Assembly (NCBI GenBank): GCA_965207035.1
Contig: OZ242259.1
Span: forward strand, 668,502 to 732,501
DNA length: 64,000 nucleotides
From: Bryobacterales bacterium
GTDB lineage: Bacteria > Acidobacteriota > Terriglobia > Bryobacterales > UBA6623
Direction: 5' to 3'
Every line of letters starts with the position of its first letter. The stretch's first letter is position 1. Below, piece by piece: positions 38,237 through 48,478 of the stretch. The notes beneath the pieces are model-generated. The model made no database searches. It saw only the letters and a list, made by a program, of their open reading frames with translations, and was not told the DNA's origin. The translations under genes and the position numbers were made by a program.

Positions 38237-39204
38237 GCAAGCATCACGGTGCCGATGCACCCGATCTGAGGATTCCCGTCCCCCGAGGACCCGTTCCGAA
38301 AGTGCCGGGCCGGGATGCCGGCACTCCCGTGGAGATCACGGTCGATGGTGCGGGCATCGCTGTGCCCGAAGGCTCCACGCTCTTGGATGCATGTCGTCGC
38401 GCCGGAGTGGACACTCCCACGCTCTGCTATCTCGAGACCCTCTCCCCCGTGAATGCGTGTCGAGTCTGCGTTGTCGAACTCGAGGGTTCCAGGACGCTGG
38501 TCCCCGCATGCTCCAGAAAAGCCGAGAGCGGCATGGCGATCCAAACGGACTCCGAGCGTGTGAGGCTCAGTCGGCGCATGGTGCTGGAATTCCTGGCGTC
38601 CAGCACGGATGTCTCGACTGCACCCGAATTGCTCAGGTACATGGAATGCTACGGCGCTGACCCTAACCGATATAGCGATGGCAACAATCGTGCCGCAACG
38701 CAGGAGCAGCCCGTCAAGATCGACAACGACCTGTATATTCGCGACTACTCAAAATGTATTCTCTGCTACAAGTGCGTCGAGGCCTGCGGCGTTGATGCGC
38801 AAAACACATTCGCGATTGCCGTGGCCGGCCGTGGATTCGACGCGCAGATCGCGACTGAGTTCGATGTCCCCCTTCCGGACTCCGCTTGCGTGTACTGCGG
38901 AAACTGTATCGGTGTGTGCCCTACAGGGGCCCTGATGTTCAAGAGCGAGCATGATCTCCGCGCAGCGGGACGATGGGACGAATCCAAGCAGGACACTACG
39001 GACACAATCTGTCCGTACTGCGGAGTCGGATGCACGTTGACCCTGCATACGCAGGACAACCGCATCGTCAAGGCCAGTTCGCCTCTCGATCAAACCGTTA
39101 CCACCGGAAACCTGTGTATCAAGGGTAGGTTCGGCTGGCAGTTCGTTCAGGGACACTCTCCGGACGGTGATGCCGTCACGCCAAGTGGAGGGGATGACGA
39201 ATAG
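38233..39204 (+). CDS. Fe-S subunit (2Fe-2S + 2x4Fe-4S + Molybdop_Fe4S4), equivalent to the N-terminal part of FdsA/NuoG
   Basis: PTLC...ACRVCVVE...C; CILCYKCVEAC; CVYCGNCIGVCP; C-terminal TICPYCGVGC...LCIKGRFG. Confidence 0.92.
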   Translation: MSKHHGADAPDLRIPVPRGPVPKVPGRDAGTPVEITVDGAGIAVPEGSTLLDACRRAGVDTPTLCYLETLSPVNACRVCVVELEGSRTLVPACSRKAESGMAIQTDSERVRLSRRMVLEFLASSTDVSTAPELLRYMECYGADPNRYSDGNNRAATQEQPVKIDNDLYIRDYSKCILCYKCVEACGVDAQNTFAIAVAGRGFDAQIATEFDVPLPDSACVYCGNCIGVCPTGALMFKSEHDLRAAGRWDESKQDTTDTICPYCGVGCTLTLHTQDNRIVKASSPLDQTVTTGNLCIKGRFGWQFVQGHSPDGDAVTPSGGDDE

Positions 39205-39610
39205 CCGGGAGCGCTAGGTCCGTTCCGCATCGCTCGTTTCGCTTGCGCGGATGCAGTTACCCATCGTCGAGGCCGGACCGCCCGAGACAGGTCGTTCCGG
39301 ACCGCCGTTGCCGGCTCCCGCAGATTGGGCATGGGGACCCTTTCCAGCTGTCGCGGCAGTGTCGTTCGCGATCCTGAATCCGGGCCAGCCGCTCCTCCTG
39401 TCCCTTCAGCGACGAACCTGGAATCAGACCGGCAGGGCCAGATTGTCGGGGTCTTGCGGGAGCGAGACACCCTGCGGCTCGTGCAGGACTGGGACGGTGA
39501 TGGCTGAGACCTCACGACCACCAGTTCTACCCCCCCGGAAACTCTTCCCAACTCCTGATTGCGTGGGTGTGGGCTTCCAACCCGCGTCCGGAGCCATCGG
39601 GCTCCGCGTG

Positions 39611-40450
39611 CTACACCCAGGCACCAAGCACTGCCATGCTAGCGAGGCCAGTGAGTACCAGAATGAACTTCAAGACACGGTCTGTGTCCGCTGCCGGCAT
39701 TGGCACATCGTCCTTTCCGGTCAACGCGCTCCGTATGAAGCGCGCGACGCGATCGTCAAGCCTGGACATCTCGGCATTGATGACATCCAGAATGGCCACG
39801 TAAATGAACGTACCGGCTGCCAGGGCATTGAAGCCCCCCTCGATCAGCTCGGCAGTTCTGCTCTCCACAAGGCTTGAGGCAACGGTGCCGAGCGCGATTC
39901 CCAACGGTGTCATCGAGACGAAGATCGAGAGCACGACCCACTGGTATCTCCTGCTGGTGCCGGAGGCAAGCACGCTGACCATGAGAGCGAAGGCGGCGGA
40001 CCCTTTGTGGAACAGGATTCCGATCATGACCAGCACCGAGGTCGCTACGGTGGACTCAAGCCCCAGGGCCGTACCTGCGACAAGCGAATGCATCGACAGA
40101 ACAACGAGCAACACCACGGGATAAATCGGTTGGTGGGATCCCTCGAGGCGACCCGCGTGCGAACGCACCTCGAACAGTACCCGATCAATGAGCAGCAGCA
40201 CGCCGACGCCGACAGCGGCCAGCAGCGGAGCAAGGGGATACTCAATGAATTCCTGGAGGGCCTCGTCTGCTTCCGGCAGAAGGTGAATGAAACCCGCGCC
40301 GAGAAATATGCCGCCGGCAAGCGAATTTCCCAGCGACAGGAAACGGTGGCTCGCACTGCGGCGTAGCACGACGAATGGAATCACACCTCCGACGATGCCG
40401 ATGGCGAGGATGGACACGGCGGCGCCGAGTTTGATCGCGAGCAAGGACAT
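39611..40450 (-). CDS. ZIP family metal (Zn) transporter
   Basis: GGIFLGAGFIHLLPEA, LSMHSLVAGTALG, ILFHKG, TPLG, AAGTFIYV. Confidence 0.9.
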   Translation of the reverse strand: MSLLAIKLGAAVSILAIGIVGGVIPFVVLRRSASHRFLSLGNSLAGGIFLGAGFIHLLPEADEALQEFIEYPLAPLLAAVGVGVLLLIDRVLFEVRSHAGRLEGSHQPIYPVVLLVVLSMHSLVAGTALGLESTVATSVLVMIGILFHKGSAAFALMVSVLASGTSRRYQWVVLSIFVSMTPLGIALGTVASSLVESRTAELIEGGFNALAAGTFIYVAILDVINAEMSRLDDRVARFIRSALTGKDDVPMPAADTDRVLKFILVLTGLASMAVLGAWV

Positions 40451-40854
40451 GCTGCCAGCTAGTACGGTCTCATGTCCCGCGGATTGCCCGGAACGGAGAG
40501 GGGATTGACGTAAGGGTACTAAGGATCTTGCAGCACATGCGAGTACGGGAGTCTAGCAGGTTTGCTGGCGTCTTCCCCGTGCTCGCGCGCCACTAGGGGG
40601 CGCTGCGTCTATATCGGACTCCGCGAGAGCGTCCTCGAGTGCTAGGCCCTCCTATTCAGGGAGACGAAGTGCCGGTTCGCAGCAGCCGTGGTAGCGGATT
40701 GTCGGGGTCCGCCTCTCGCGGGGCTCTCATACGCTGGAGGCGGTCTGAGGCCCCTTGAGAACCGATGCGTGGGTCGCTCCGGAGGGGGGCGGCCAAAGGC
40801 TGCCATCCGCAAGGCGGCAATCCCCTGTGCCTCCCGCGCAAGTACAATCGGGGC

Positions 40855-43728
40855 ATGGCAAGAGCTTTCATTGCAGCCGTCGGGTTGCTCGCACTGGTCG
40901 GACTACCTACGCTTCGGCGCGCAATTGGTCCTGATCACGCTGTGCCAACCAACGCTGTCGCACAGACTGTTGCGAGGGGGGAATGCCCTTCGCAGACTCG
41001 CATGATACTGCGGTTGGGCATCGGAGATGTCGAAGAAACAGACTGGAGCGGCACTGCATCGGGATGGGTTGTCGGAGGTTCATCGTGGAAGATCGACTCA
41101 AGCGCCAGCCCGACCAAGCTAGCTGGCGGACAGCGGGCACATCGGATTCTTCCCGCTGTGGTTGAGTTGGCCTTGCCCTCGGCGGCCTGTGGAAGCGAAT
41201 TGGATCTTGATAGCGAGATCCGAATCGATAGCGCCCAGGGCGCGTTCGAGTTCGCTCCGCTCAGGGTGCGCTTGGGCAACCCGGTTCAGGCGCTCGGTGG
41301 GCGCGTTGAGATCGCGAGGGTTCCGGCGGGAACTCCGATTGCGAGCGCGGACGTGGAGGAAGATTTCCCCGATTGTGCGGTGCTGGATGATCGTTCAGTC
41401 GTTTGCACGTACGTGGAGTACGCGCCGGGCAGGCCCGTCGACGAGGCTGCGGCTCTGGCGGGAGACTTCGATTCGATCGAGTTCGAGGGTAACGGCGACC
41501 GGATCGTGTTGATACGCCGTGAAGGTCCGGGCTGGGGCGATCCGGTCTATGCAACACCTAGCGGCCGTGACATCTGGCGTCCCGCCGTGATGGCTCTTCC
41601 CGGTGGGGGCGCGACAGTACTGTGGTCCGAGCAGCGGAACGGGAACTGGGACATTTTCGCGCGGAGGTATTCGCCAGTCGATGGAACGCTCGGGGCGGAG
41701 ATGCGCATCACTTCCGATCCAGGCAGCGACATCAATGTGGTTGCCAGCAATGGCTATTTCGCGTGGCAGGGCAGGCGGGAGAAGGGATTCGACATTTTCG
41801 CCAGTCGCTTGGAGGGCGAGCCCGTGCGAGTCTCGTCCAGCGATGCGAACGACTGGAGACCGTCGATCGCAACCGATTCGAAGGGGGGTGCCTGGATTGC
41901 GTGGGACACCTACGACGCGGGCAACTACGACGTACTCCTCCGGCGTTTGGACGGCGAAAAAGTCGAGGAGCCGATTGCCGTCGCTGAGTCTCCCCGCTTC
42001 GAGGCCCGCCCGTCAGTGGCAGTCGACGCACGCGACCGGGTCTGGATCGCTTTCGAGGATTCGGACGAGGGCTGGGGCAAGGATGCAGGTGATCGTTGGA
42101 CCGGTAAGCAGGCTACCCCACTGTACGTCACCAAGAACGTGCTGGTTCGAGTCTGGGATGGCTCCTTGAGGAGAACAGCCACGCCGCCGACGGCCGCGAC
42201 CCTCGATTCCGTTCACGACGATCCGCGAGTCGCGACGAGCCAAAAGCACAGGATCAGCATTCCCCGGATTGCATTGGACAAGGTCGGTCGGCCGTGGGTG
42301 TTCTTTCGCAAGCACCCCCTGCAAACGGGTAGCGGCGAGCGCTGGCGGAGCTATGCCGCATACTACGCAAGTGGAGAATGGACTGCTCCGATTCCATTGC
42401 GTGAGTCGGATCATTTGCTGGACAGGTACCCAGGGCTCGCGGTCATGCCCGACGGGAGCGTGCTCGCTGTCTGCGCTGGAGACAAGCGAAAGGCGAATGT
42501 GCGCGATCGCGAGGACAGCGACCTTTTCGAGGCCCTTCTTGTCGCGGAGGGCGATCAATCTGACATAAGACTGGTTCCAGTCGATCCAGCAGAGCCGTCT
42601 CGAGTCCAGGACCCCGTGCATCCAGATGAGACGGATCAAATCGCGCGGATTCGCTCTGAGAGAGTGCGGGTCGGGGGGAGGGAGTTTTGGATTCTTCGAG
42701 GTGAATTCCACCGGCACACGGAGTTCTCCGCACATCGAGACTGGGACGGTCCCTTCGAAGAGGTTTGGCGGTACGGTCTTGATGTTGCCGATTTGGATTG
42801 GATCGGCCCAGGAGACCACGATTATGCGGTCGGCCAGGACTACATGTGGTGGCTCCAGCAGAAGGCAAGCGACATGTACCACGATCCTGGCAGGTTTAGC
42901 GCGATGTACACCTACGAGCGGAATGTGGGCTACCCAAGCGGCCACCGCAACGTGATGCTTCCTCGTCGCGGCATTCGACCGCTGCCCCGAATGCAGGGCA
43001 GGAACCTCGTATTCGGCACCGAAGAGGAGGGATCGCCAGATATCAAGAACCTCTTCGCCTACCTTCGCCACTTCGGGGCGATCTGCTCGTCTCACACGTC
43101 TGCGACAAATATGGGGACCGACTGGCGCGATGGGGATAGCGAGGTCGAGCCTGTTGTGGAGCTATTCCAAGGGCATCGACAGAGCTATGAATTGGCGGGC
43201 GGCCCTCGTGCTGCAACAGGTCCCGAGGACACAATCCAGGGGTACCGGCCGCTGGGATTCGTCTGGGAGGCGTTCAAGAAGGGTCGGCGGTTGGGTTTCC
43301 AGGCAAGCAGTGACCATGTCTCGACCCACATCAGCTATGGCATGGTTCTCGCTGAAGAGAACTCCCGGGACGGCATCATGGAAGCCTTCAAGCAGCGACA
43401 TTCCTATGCAGCTCATGACAACATCGTGCTGCTGGTGAGCTCCGGAAACCACCTGATGGGCGACGAGTTCACTTCATCCTCGGTCCCCAGATTGAGGATT
43501 GTCGCCAAGGGCACTGCGTCGATTGACAAAGTGGATATCATCCGGCAAGTGGGTCTTGAACAACCCAAAGTAGTTGCCTCAATGGAACCAAGGCGCGGGG
43601 AGGTGGATCTAGACTGGTCGGACCCGGCCGCCGTGGTCGGCGAATGGAACATGTACTACGTGCGACTTGAGCAACGCAATGCCGCCATGGCGTGGGCCAG
43701 CCCGATCTGGATCCAGTACCAGCCGTGA
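40855..43728 (+). CDS. Large secreted protein: beta-propeller-like repeats + PHP-like metallohydrolase (CehA/McbA- or DUF3604-like)
   Basis: Signal peptide; repeats WSEQRNGNWDIF / WDTYDAGNYDV; metal motifs GEFHRHTEFS, GDHD, GHRN, SHTS, ASSDH; C-terminal AWASPIW. Confidence 0.72.
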   Translation: MARAFIAAVGLLALVGLPTLRRAIGPDHAVPTNAVAQTVARGECPSQTRMILRLGIGDVEETDWSGTASGWVVGGSSWKIDSSASPTKLAGGQRAHRILPAVVELALPSAACGSELDLDSEIRIDSAQGAFEFAPLRVRLGNPVQALGGRVEIARVPAGTPIASADVEEDFPDCAVLDDRSVVCTYVEYAPGRPVDEAAALAGDFDSIEFEGNGDRIVLIRREGPGWGDPVYATPSGRDIWRPAVMALPGGGATVLWSEQRNGNWDIFARRYSPVDGTLGAEMRITSDPGSDINVVASNGYFAWQGRREKGFDIFASRLEGEPVRVSSSDANDWRPSIATDSKGGAWIAWDTYDAGNYDVLLRRLDGEKVEEPIAVAESPRFEARPSVAVDARDRVWIAFEDSDEGWGKDAGDRWTGKQATPLYVTKNVLVRVWDGSLRRTATPPTAATLDSVHDDPRVATSQKHRISIPRIALDKVGRPWVFFRKHPLQTGSGERWRSYAAYYASGEWTAPIPLRESDHLLDRYPGLAVMPDGSVLAVCAGDKRKANVRDREDSDLFEALLVAEGDQSDIRLVPVDPAEPSRVQDPVHPDETDQIARIRSERVRVGGREFWILRGEFHRHTEFSAHRDWDGPFEEVWRYGLDVADLDWIGPGDHDYAVGQDYMWWLQQKASDMYHDPGRFSAMYTYERNVGYPSGHRNVMLPRRGIRPLPRMQGRNLVFGTEEEGSPDIKNLFAYLRHFGAICSSHTSATNMGTDWRDGDSEVEPVVELFQGHRQSYELAGGPRAATGPEDTIQGYRPLGFVWEAFKKGRRLGFQASSDHVSTHISYGMVLAEENSRDGIMEAFKQRHSYAAHDNIVLLVSSGNHLMGDEFTSSSVPRLRIVAKGTASIDKVDIIRQVGLEQPKVVASMEPRRGEVDLDWSDPAAVVGEWNMYYVRLEQRNAAMAWASPIWIQYQP

Positions 43729-43786
43729 TTTCCATCCAGACTCGTTCCGGATTGTCGAAGGGGCGAAATGGATTGACGACAGGCGG

Positions 43787-44701
43787 CTAGTGAGCGGTTA
43801 GGTCGTGGAACTCTTGGTAGCGGTCTTCGATCCGCCGTTGTTTGAGGCCACGCAGGCCGCCGACACCGAAGTCCTCGCAGCAGAAGCTCCCCATCACCGA
43901 GCCGAATACCACGGCTCGGCGCAGGTCCGCGATTCCGGATTCGCCGGCATCTCGATATCCGCGCGAGGCCAGGTAACCGGTGAAACCTCCGGCGAAAGCA
44001 TCACCCGCGCCGGTCGGATCGACCAAGTCCTCTAGCGGATAGCCCGGGGCGATGAAGCAGTGGTCGTCTCGGAAAAGAGTCGCGCCGTGCTCCCCGCGCT
44101 TGACGACAACTGTCCTGGGGCCCATTGCGTGGATCTCCCTGGCCGCAGACTTCAAGTTGTCGTGCCCGGAGATCTGCCGGGCTTCCTCGTCATTGATCAG
44201 GATCGAGTCCCATTGGCGAATCGTCTGGGCGAGTTCGTCGGGCGTGCGCTCGATCCAGTAGTTCATCGTGTCGCCCGCGACGAATTGCCGGTCGGGCGCC
44301 TGCCGCAACACTCCTGCCTGAAGATTGGGATGAATGTTGCCCAGCAAGATGTGGGGCGTTGCACGATACGACGCCGGGATCCGTGGCTTGAAGTCCGCAA
44401 AAACATTCAACTCCGTTGCGAGTGTCTGACGCTGGTTCATGTCGCGTGAATACACGCCCTTCCAATAGAACGTCTTGCCTCGCACTCGTTCGAGCCCTTC
44501 GAGATCGATGTTGCGGCGGTGAAGGATCGCTTCGTCCTCCGGATCGAAATCGTCTCCAACCACGGCGATCAGGCGAACCTTCGTGAAGTGGCTTGCGGCA
44601 AGAGCGATGTAGGTGCCGGCACCACCCAAGACGCGATCAACCTTTCCGCGTGGGGTCTCGATACCGTCATAGGCGACAGATCCAACTACGAGTAAGGACA
44701 T
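43787..44701 (-). CDS. PfkB-family sugar/nucleoside kinase
   Basis: VVGSVAYD, LGGAG, INDEEA, VKRGEHGA, DPTGAGDAFAGG. Confidence 0.92.
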   Translation of the reverse strand: MSLLVVGSVAYDGIETPRGKVDRVLGGAGTYIALAASHFTKVRLIAVVGDDFDPEDEAILHRRNIDLEGLERVRGKTFYWKGVYSRDMNQRQTLATELNVFADFKPRIPASYRATPHILLGNIHPNLQAGVLRQAPDRQFVAGDTMNYWIERTPDELAQTIRQWDSILINDEEARQISGHDNLKSAAREIHAMGPRTVVVKRGEHGATLFRDDHCFIAPGYPLEDLVDPTGAGDAFAGGFTGYLASRGYRDAGESGIADLRRAVVFGSVMGSFCCEDFGVGGLRGLKQRRIEDRYQEFHDLTAH

Positions 44702-44729
44702 GGCAGAGTCGACCACCGGGCTGCCCGTG

Positions 44730-45584
44730 CTAGAGGTATCTACCAGCTAGCAGAGCGTACTTCTCGCGGACGCGAGCCGGGATCGCTTCGCGATTCGTGA
44801 TGATCGCATTCTTTAGAGCCGATCGGTATGGGCTCGGAGAGTCCGGGATACGCTTGACCGCCTCGATGGCAACCCTTTCCGCGTTAGACGCGTTCCTGGT
44901 GAGGTATTCGATAACGGTCTCGACGGTCACGGCGTCGTGGTCCGGATGCCAGCAGTCATAGTCAGTGACCATCGCGATGGTGCAATAGGACATTTCCGCC
45001 TCACGCGCCAGCTTGGCTTCCTGAAGATTGGTCATTCCGATGACATCGAAGCCCCAATTCCGATATGTGTTGGACTCCGCCAGAGTCGAGAAGGCCGGGC
45101 CCTCCATGCAGCAGTACGTGCCGCCTCGGTGCACTCTGACCCCGACCGCTCGGCAAGCCTCTTCGGCAACATCCGCAAGGCGCGAACAGATCGGGTGAGA
45201 GAAAGTCACGTGAGCGACGATACCGTCATCGAAGAAGGTCGAAACCCGTCCCCGTGTTCGGTCGAAGAATTGGTCCGGCAGAACGAAATGGATCGGTTCG
45301 AGTTCCTGCCGTAACGACCCGACAGCACTGAAGGACAAGACGTATTCGACACCCAGCTTCTTCAGGCCGTAGATGTTGGCTCGGAAATTCAGGTTCGACG
45401 GCATTATGCGGTGTCCCCTTCCGTGACGAGCCAGGAATGCAACGTCCCGCCCTGCCAGTCGGCCGACGACGAATGCATCGGAAGGCTCGCCCCACGGGGT
45501 GTCGACTCGGACTTCTCGCCGCTCCTCCAGCGCGTCCATGTCGTAGAGCCCGCTGCCGCCGATGATTCCGATACGGGTGTCCAT
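44730..45584 (-). CDS. mtnP: S-methyl-5'-thioadenosine phosphorylase
   Basis: IGIIGGSGLY, LARHGRGH, EGPAFSTLAES, IGMT, EAKLAREAE, VTDYDCW. Confidence 0.93.
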   Translation of the reverse strand: MDTRIGIIGGSGLYDMDALEERREVRVDTPWGEPSDAFVVGRLAGRDVAFLARHGRGHRIMPSNLNFRANIYGLKKLGVEYVLSFSAVGSLRQELEPIHFVLPDQFFDRTRGRVSTFFDDGIVAHVTFSHPICSRLADVAEEACRAVGVRVHRGGTYCCMEGPAFSTLAESNTYRNWGFDVIGMTNLQEAKLAREAEMSYCTIAMVTDYDCWHPDHDAVTVETVIEYLTRNASNAERVAIEAVKRIPDSPSPYRSALKNAIITNREAIPARVREKYALLAGRYL

Positions 45585-45848
45585 CAAGCTACCATTCTAC
45601 TGGTGCGACGCGGGTTAACTGAGCCGGCGGGAGCGAGAGGCCCTTGCGCCAGCAATGGCCATCCGTCGCGGAATGCAGTTGCGCGCCGCGAGGCACGACG
45701 CTCGACCAGCCTCGATACCCAACCAAGTTATTGATGTTGGAGATCGGGGCTAGGTGTCTCGCGGCCTCGTCCAGCCCGGTGTCGTTGCCGTCGTCAGTCT
45801 TCCGGTCGTAGCGCCGCTCGAGACCATGAATGAGAAGTAGCACTGTTC

Positions 45849-46685
45849 TTGAGGCGTAGGCGGAACGCCACCTCAGACCCCAATCTTGGGGCGCCGCCCC
45901 AAGGGGGTGACGGCTCTCCGGGGTCTGCTGGCAATGTTGGCGGATACAACGCTTTTTGGCTCGACCGCAGCAGCGGCGCGTTCAAAATGGACGGCAAGTG
46001 GCGTACCTCAATCATCACTGAGCCGAAGAACGGGCGTCGGCCCCCGATGACGCAAGCCGCGCAGGAGCGAGCCGATGCCCGTGCCAATCGCGATCACCCG
46101 AACACGGGAACCGCTTGGTGGCTCGAGAAAGGGCTCGACCCGGGTCCGTACGACGATCCCGAGATCAGGCCGCTAGAGGAACGCTGCTTGCTAGGGCCCG
46201 GCGCAACCGGAGGACCTCCGATGCTGCCCTTCGCCTACAACAACCTCAAGTGGATCGTTCAGACGGAAGACCACGTCATGATCTTGGTCGAGATGCTCCA
46301 CGACGTGTTCATTATTCGTATGAATGCCGAACACGCCCCGTCCGACATCCGCAACTAGCTAGGGGATTCCGTGGGGCGCTGGGAAGCCGATACCCTCGTG
46401 ATCGACACGACCAACTTCAATGACAGCCCTGCGCCGTCCGGTGCCTCGCGCAACTTGCATGTCGTCGAGCGAATCAGTCGGATTGACGCTGACACCCTGC
46501 TCTACCGATTTACCGTATAGGATCCGACCGTTTGGACGGAGCCCTGGAGCGGGGAGTACATGTGGCCGTCCACAGACAGCCGGGTTTGCGAGTACGTGTG
46601 CCACGAAGCGAAATACTCGTTCGGCGGCGTTCTTCGCGGTGCGCGGATATTGGAGGCCGAAGCTCTCGGCAATTCGGTCGACTAG
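45849..46685 (+). pseudogene. Pseudogene of a conserved secreted hypothetical protein (5'-truncated, two in-frame TAG)
   Basis: NVGGYNAFWLD...RTSIITEPKNGRRP...ERCL...YNN...RN*LGDSVGRWEADTLVIDTTNF...FTV*DPTVWTEPW...EYVCHE; TAG at 46356 (Trp position) and 46518 (Glu position). Confidence 0.8.
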
Positions 46686-46729
46686 CCCGAAATCCCCACT
46701 ACGGATTGGGATGTGATTGTTTCGCCTCG

Positions 46730-47400
46730 TCGAGGCCATCACGAGCTTCCGGACTTTGTTGCCGAGCTATGGAATGGGCGGGCGGTCCTCGCCGAATCCG
46801 GCGGCGATCAGCAGGGTGTAATGGGCTCGACGCCCCGGCCGCACCAGAGCGCTGTGCTCGCCGATGCGCGCTTGGGCGGCGGTGCGCTCGAAGCGGTCGA
46901 AGAGCTGACGGGCGCGCTCGCGGCCCTCGCCCAGGCGGCGGCCGGTAGGCGGTACAGGGTAAAAGCCATCAGGGAGAACTGCAGGTCAGCGTCGATCTTC
47001 AGCGGCACGGCCGAAGAGAGCGCGTCCATGTGGAAGAAGTCAATCGACTCGGCAATGGCGTTCTCGATGACCATGTGGCGGGAGTTGAAGACGAGCTCAC
47101 GGGGGAGGGAGCCGGTGCGGTCGCGGAAGGCCTTGGCGAAGCGCAGGGGGCCTCGTTCTGGGCGGTCTTGCGGACGGTGGCGTCGGCGCAGCAAGAAACA
47201 TCGTGCTCGGCGTCACGGGTGAGGATGGCGAGCACGCCGCGCTGGCGGCGGGGGCGTCCGGATACGAAGTGCTTCTTGAGGAAGGCCTCCTTGTCGTGGG
47301 GGGCGGTATGGAAGTCGAGTTTGAAGGAGGAGCCATAGGGGAGGCCGACGGAGCGGGAGGCGTCAAGCCTGGCGGTGGCGAAGCGGGGCAGGAGACCGGG
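46730..47400 (-). mobile_element. Decayed DDE transposase remnant (internal deletion, frameshifts, stop)
   Basis: Frameshifted blocks SFKLDFHT...KHFVS...ELVFNSR | MVIENAIAESIDFFHMDALSSAVPLKIDADLQ...LYRL...RRAHYTLLIAAGF...IP*LG; C-rich third codon positions like the other IS genes. Confidence 0.65.
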
Positions 47401-47824
47401 GTCGATGCGGGTTCTGACCGCAGAAACAGTGCAGATATCTGTGTGGAAATCAGTGAATCGAGTGCGAATGATTGTGATTCCTGAGAGGATGACCCGTCTG
47501 ATACCTGCAAACTACAGCGCGACTCTACAAGACTCTGTCATATCCCAGATGCTGGTGGGGATTCAGGCTGGCACCCGTCACTGAACTGGCCCCTACAGAC
47601 TCATGGTCAGTTCCAAGAGGCCTTGAAGTTCGGAGTACTGATCATGGTGTCCCTGCGCTCGAGCGATCCGAATAGCGAACCGGCGGAACTAGCACCGGTT
47701 CTTGGCGGCGGTAGGCCGCGGCTTTTCGAGCGCCACGGACTGAGCGGCGCGCCAATTGGAGTTCGGCGCTTCGGGGAGCGGCCACTCTGACGAGCCGAGG
47801 CAATGCTAGGCTTGGGATCAACCC

Positions 47825-48478
47825 ATGGATCGTAGCCTCTTGTTCGGAGCGGTCGTTTTGATTCTTTGCATTCGGGACGCGCGCCTGCTTGCCTCCCGGC
47901 CCCGGCTGTCAATCGCATATGTTCCGATTTTGCTTGGGACGACGGTTGGTTGCGGCATGTTTGCCGAAACCCTGTCCGCTTCTGAAGCGGATGCTTGGCT
48001 ACGCGACGTGCGGTTCTGGCTGCCCGCCGCCTCAATCCATGTGGTGCTCTCGTACTGGTCGGAAAGACGAGGTCGACTGGGCCGGAGTGCCGATTGGCTC
48101 GCAATCTTGCCGGCGCCAGTCTGGAGTGTCGGAATGATAGCGGTTGGGCGGCTCGCGCTGACCCATGTTGATGGACTGACAGGGGTTGCGGTCGGCCTTG
48201 TGATGGGAACGGCCTATGTCCTCGTGGTCGGCTCCCTGGCTCTCTGCGGGTGGTTTGACAAGAGTTCTGCGGCTGCGCTGCGGTTCGCAGCGATATCGCA
48301 TCTCAGCGCATTGTTGCTCATCCCCGTAGCCGTGGCGCTTGAACGACCGATCGAGATCCAAACCGTGGATTGGCGCGTCACCGCCCTCGTTGCAGGCTTT
48401 GTGGGGCTGCTTCTAGCGGTGTCGTTCTTTTGGCACCGATCCCGAAACGGATCGTCGTTCACTGCCACGTCACGCTGA
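47825..48478 (+). CDS. Hypothetical multi-pass membrane protein
   Basis: 217 aa with about seven hydrophobic segments; TGcTAGGCT box upstream. Confidence 0.65.
   Translation: MDRSLLFGAVVLILCIRDARLLASRPRLSIAYVPILLGTTVGCGMFAETLSASEADAWLRDVRFWLPAASIHVVLSYWSERRGRLGRSADWLAILPAPVWSVGMIAVGRLALTHVDGLTGVAVGLVMGTAYVLVVGSLALCGWFDKSSAAALRFAAISHLSALLLIPVAVALERPIEIQTVDWRVTALVAGFVGLLLAVSFFWHRSRNGSSFTATSR

Noticed and set aside
39325-39507. Short ORF with a CBS-like fragment (GQIVGVLRERDTLRLV)
   Set aside because: Similarity covers about 16 residues only; a gene or pseudogene call cannot be supported.
40590-40604. CCACTAGGGGGCGCT resembles the animal CTCF motif
   Set aside because: Single occurrence in clearly bacterial GC-rich DNA; coincidence.
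46356-46520. Two in-frame TAG codons as pyrrolysine or amber recoding
   Set aside because: They fall at positions expected to be different residues (Trp TGG and Glu GAG, each one substitution away), the gene is 5'-truncated, and many intact genes here end in TAG. Pseudogenisation is simpler.
47582-47616. TGAACTGGCCCC...GGTCAGTTC, IS3-like end or hairpin
   Set aside because: No partner IR, TSD or matching transposase found.
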